Of a DNA stretch of 64,000 nucleotides, positions 63,311-64,000 are shown in pieces (positions within the stretch are counted from its first letter, which is position 1; every line of letters starts with the position of its first letter). The DNA lies in the NCBI RefSeq assembly GCF_030028105.1, contig NC_092377.1, forward strand, positions 3,849,079 through 3,913,078, given 5' to 3'. The notes beneath the pieces are model-generated. The model was not told the origin of the DNA, did no database searches, and worked only from the letters and a program-made list of their open reading frames with translations. A program made the translations under genes and the position numbers. This stretch comes from Mobula birostris. Its lineage: Eukaryota.

Positions 63311-64000
63311 ATGGCTGTATTCAGGAATTCCCACCAGTGTTGGGAGAGGGTTATGCATCTCTGCAGCAACACTAGTGTCTGTGGGACAGCTGGGATCTGG
63401 TGATGTTGTAGTCCCACATTGTGGATCCCCCACCAGAACAAGTGGTTCCTCTCCATCCACCAGAACAAACCCCATTAACATAGGCAGCTCTTAAGTGAGA
63501 TTCACACCGAGTTGTACCACATTCTGGTGTGGGATCTCCAGTGAACAGAAACACAGGAGGCTACAGTTCCATCATGACTAGAGCTTTTCCCATCATCAGG
63601 AGCATCTTGTACCGCATGTATTTCCTCTGTCTCAACTTGTGCTCATGTCATGATGTTTATTTTGTTGTTGGTGTATAACTTATGTTAATTTAATTTTAAA
63701 TTAATTAGTTTTGTCGTGTTTGTAATGGACTGTGCAGGTGCAGTGAGCTGATCTTCATGGTGATTATACCCTGGGTGTGTTCGTCTGTGACAAGACACTT
63801 GAACTTGAAGATGAACTCCTTCACCGTCTAAACTGAGAGCACCGCAATCCAATTGTCAAAATGGTGAGAACATTTAACCCTGCCTCATCTCACCAGTAGA
63901 TCTGATTCACTACAACACTTGTTCAGCCTTGAAACCAATGGAGGTGATGAACAGCACTGGGTCTTTTAGACACTCAGCTTTACCAGGACTGTGAGGATGT

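Larger units (their letters stand above)
38790..64000 (-). repeat. Arm B of the inverted segmental duplication, expanded by later TE insertions
   Basis: Reverse-complement homology to arm A in collinear order; continues to the window edge. Confidence 0.85.

Overview
Eukaryotic, repeat-dense vertebrate DNA. The repeat families (CR1 with (TCTTATGG)n tails, Rex1/Babar, RTE, Penelope-type, V-SINEs) suggest a cartilaginous fish, probably a ray; this is an inference. Most of the window is fragmented transposons. On the + strand I can splice together one gene that the ORF track only partly shows. It has three in-frame exons encoding V-set Ig domains with germline-joined J-like strands (6482-6826, 9065-9412, 14200-14544), an uncharged TM exon (19935-20054) and small cytoplasmic exons (20221-20294, 20679-20720, 20811-20853, probably 27578-27606). 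The cytoplasmic exons encode a YENV motif and an ITAM (YMAL-x7-YGHL) split by an intron at the position seen in CD3/CD79/DAP12/FcRg. The predicted product is a non-rearranging V-V-V-TM-ITAM receptor; no leader exon was found in the window. The gene's 3' region (about 21.06-31.8 kb) is present again, inverted, at about 38.8-64.0 kb, which implies a tail-to-tail paralog whose ITAM/TM exons start just past the window end. A strong CTCF motif lies in the spacer between the arms. The second arm is enlarged by an L1, a Gmr1-type Gypsy element, a nested hAT/solo-LTR/CR1 cluster and a minisatellite. All identities and coordinates were read by eye; no searches were run.
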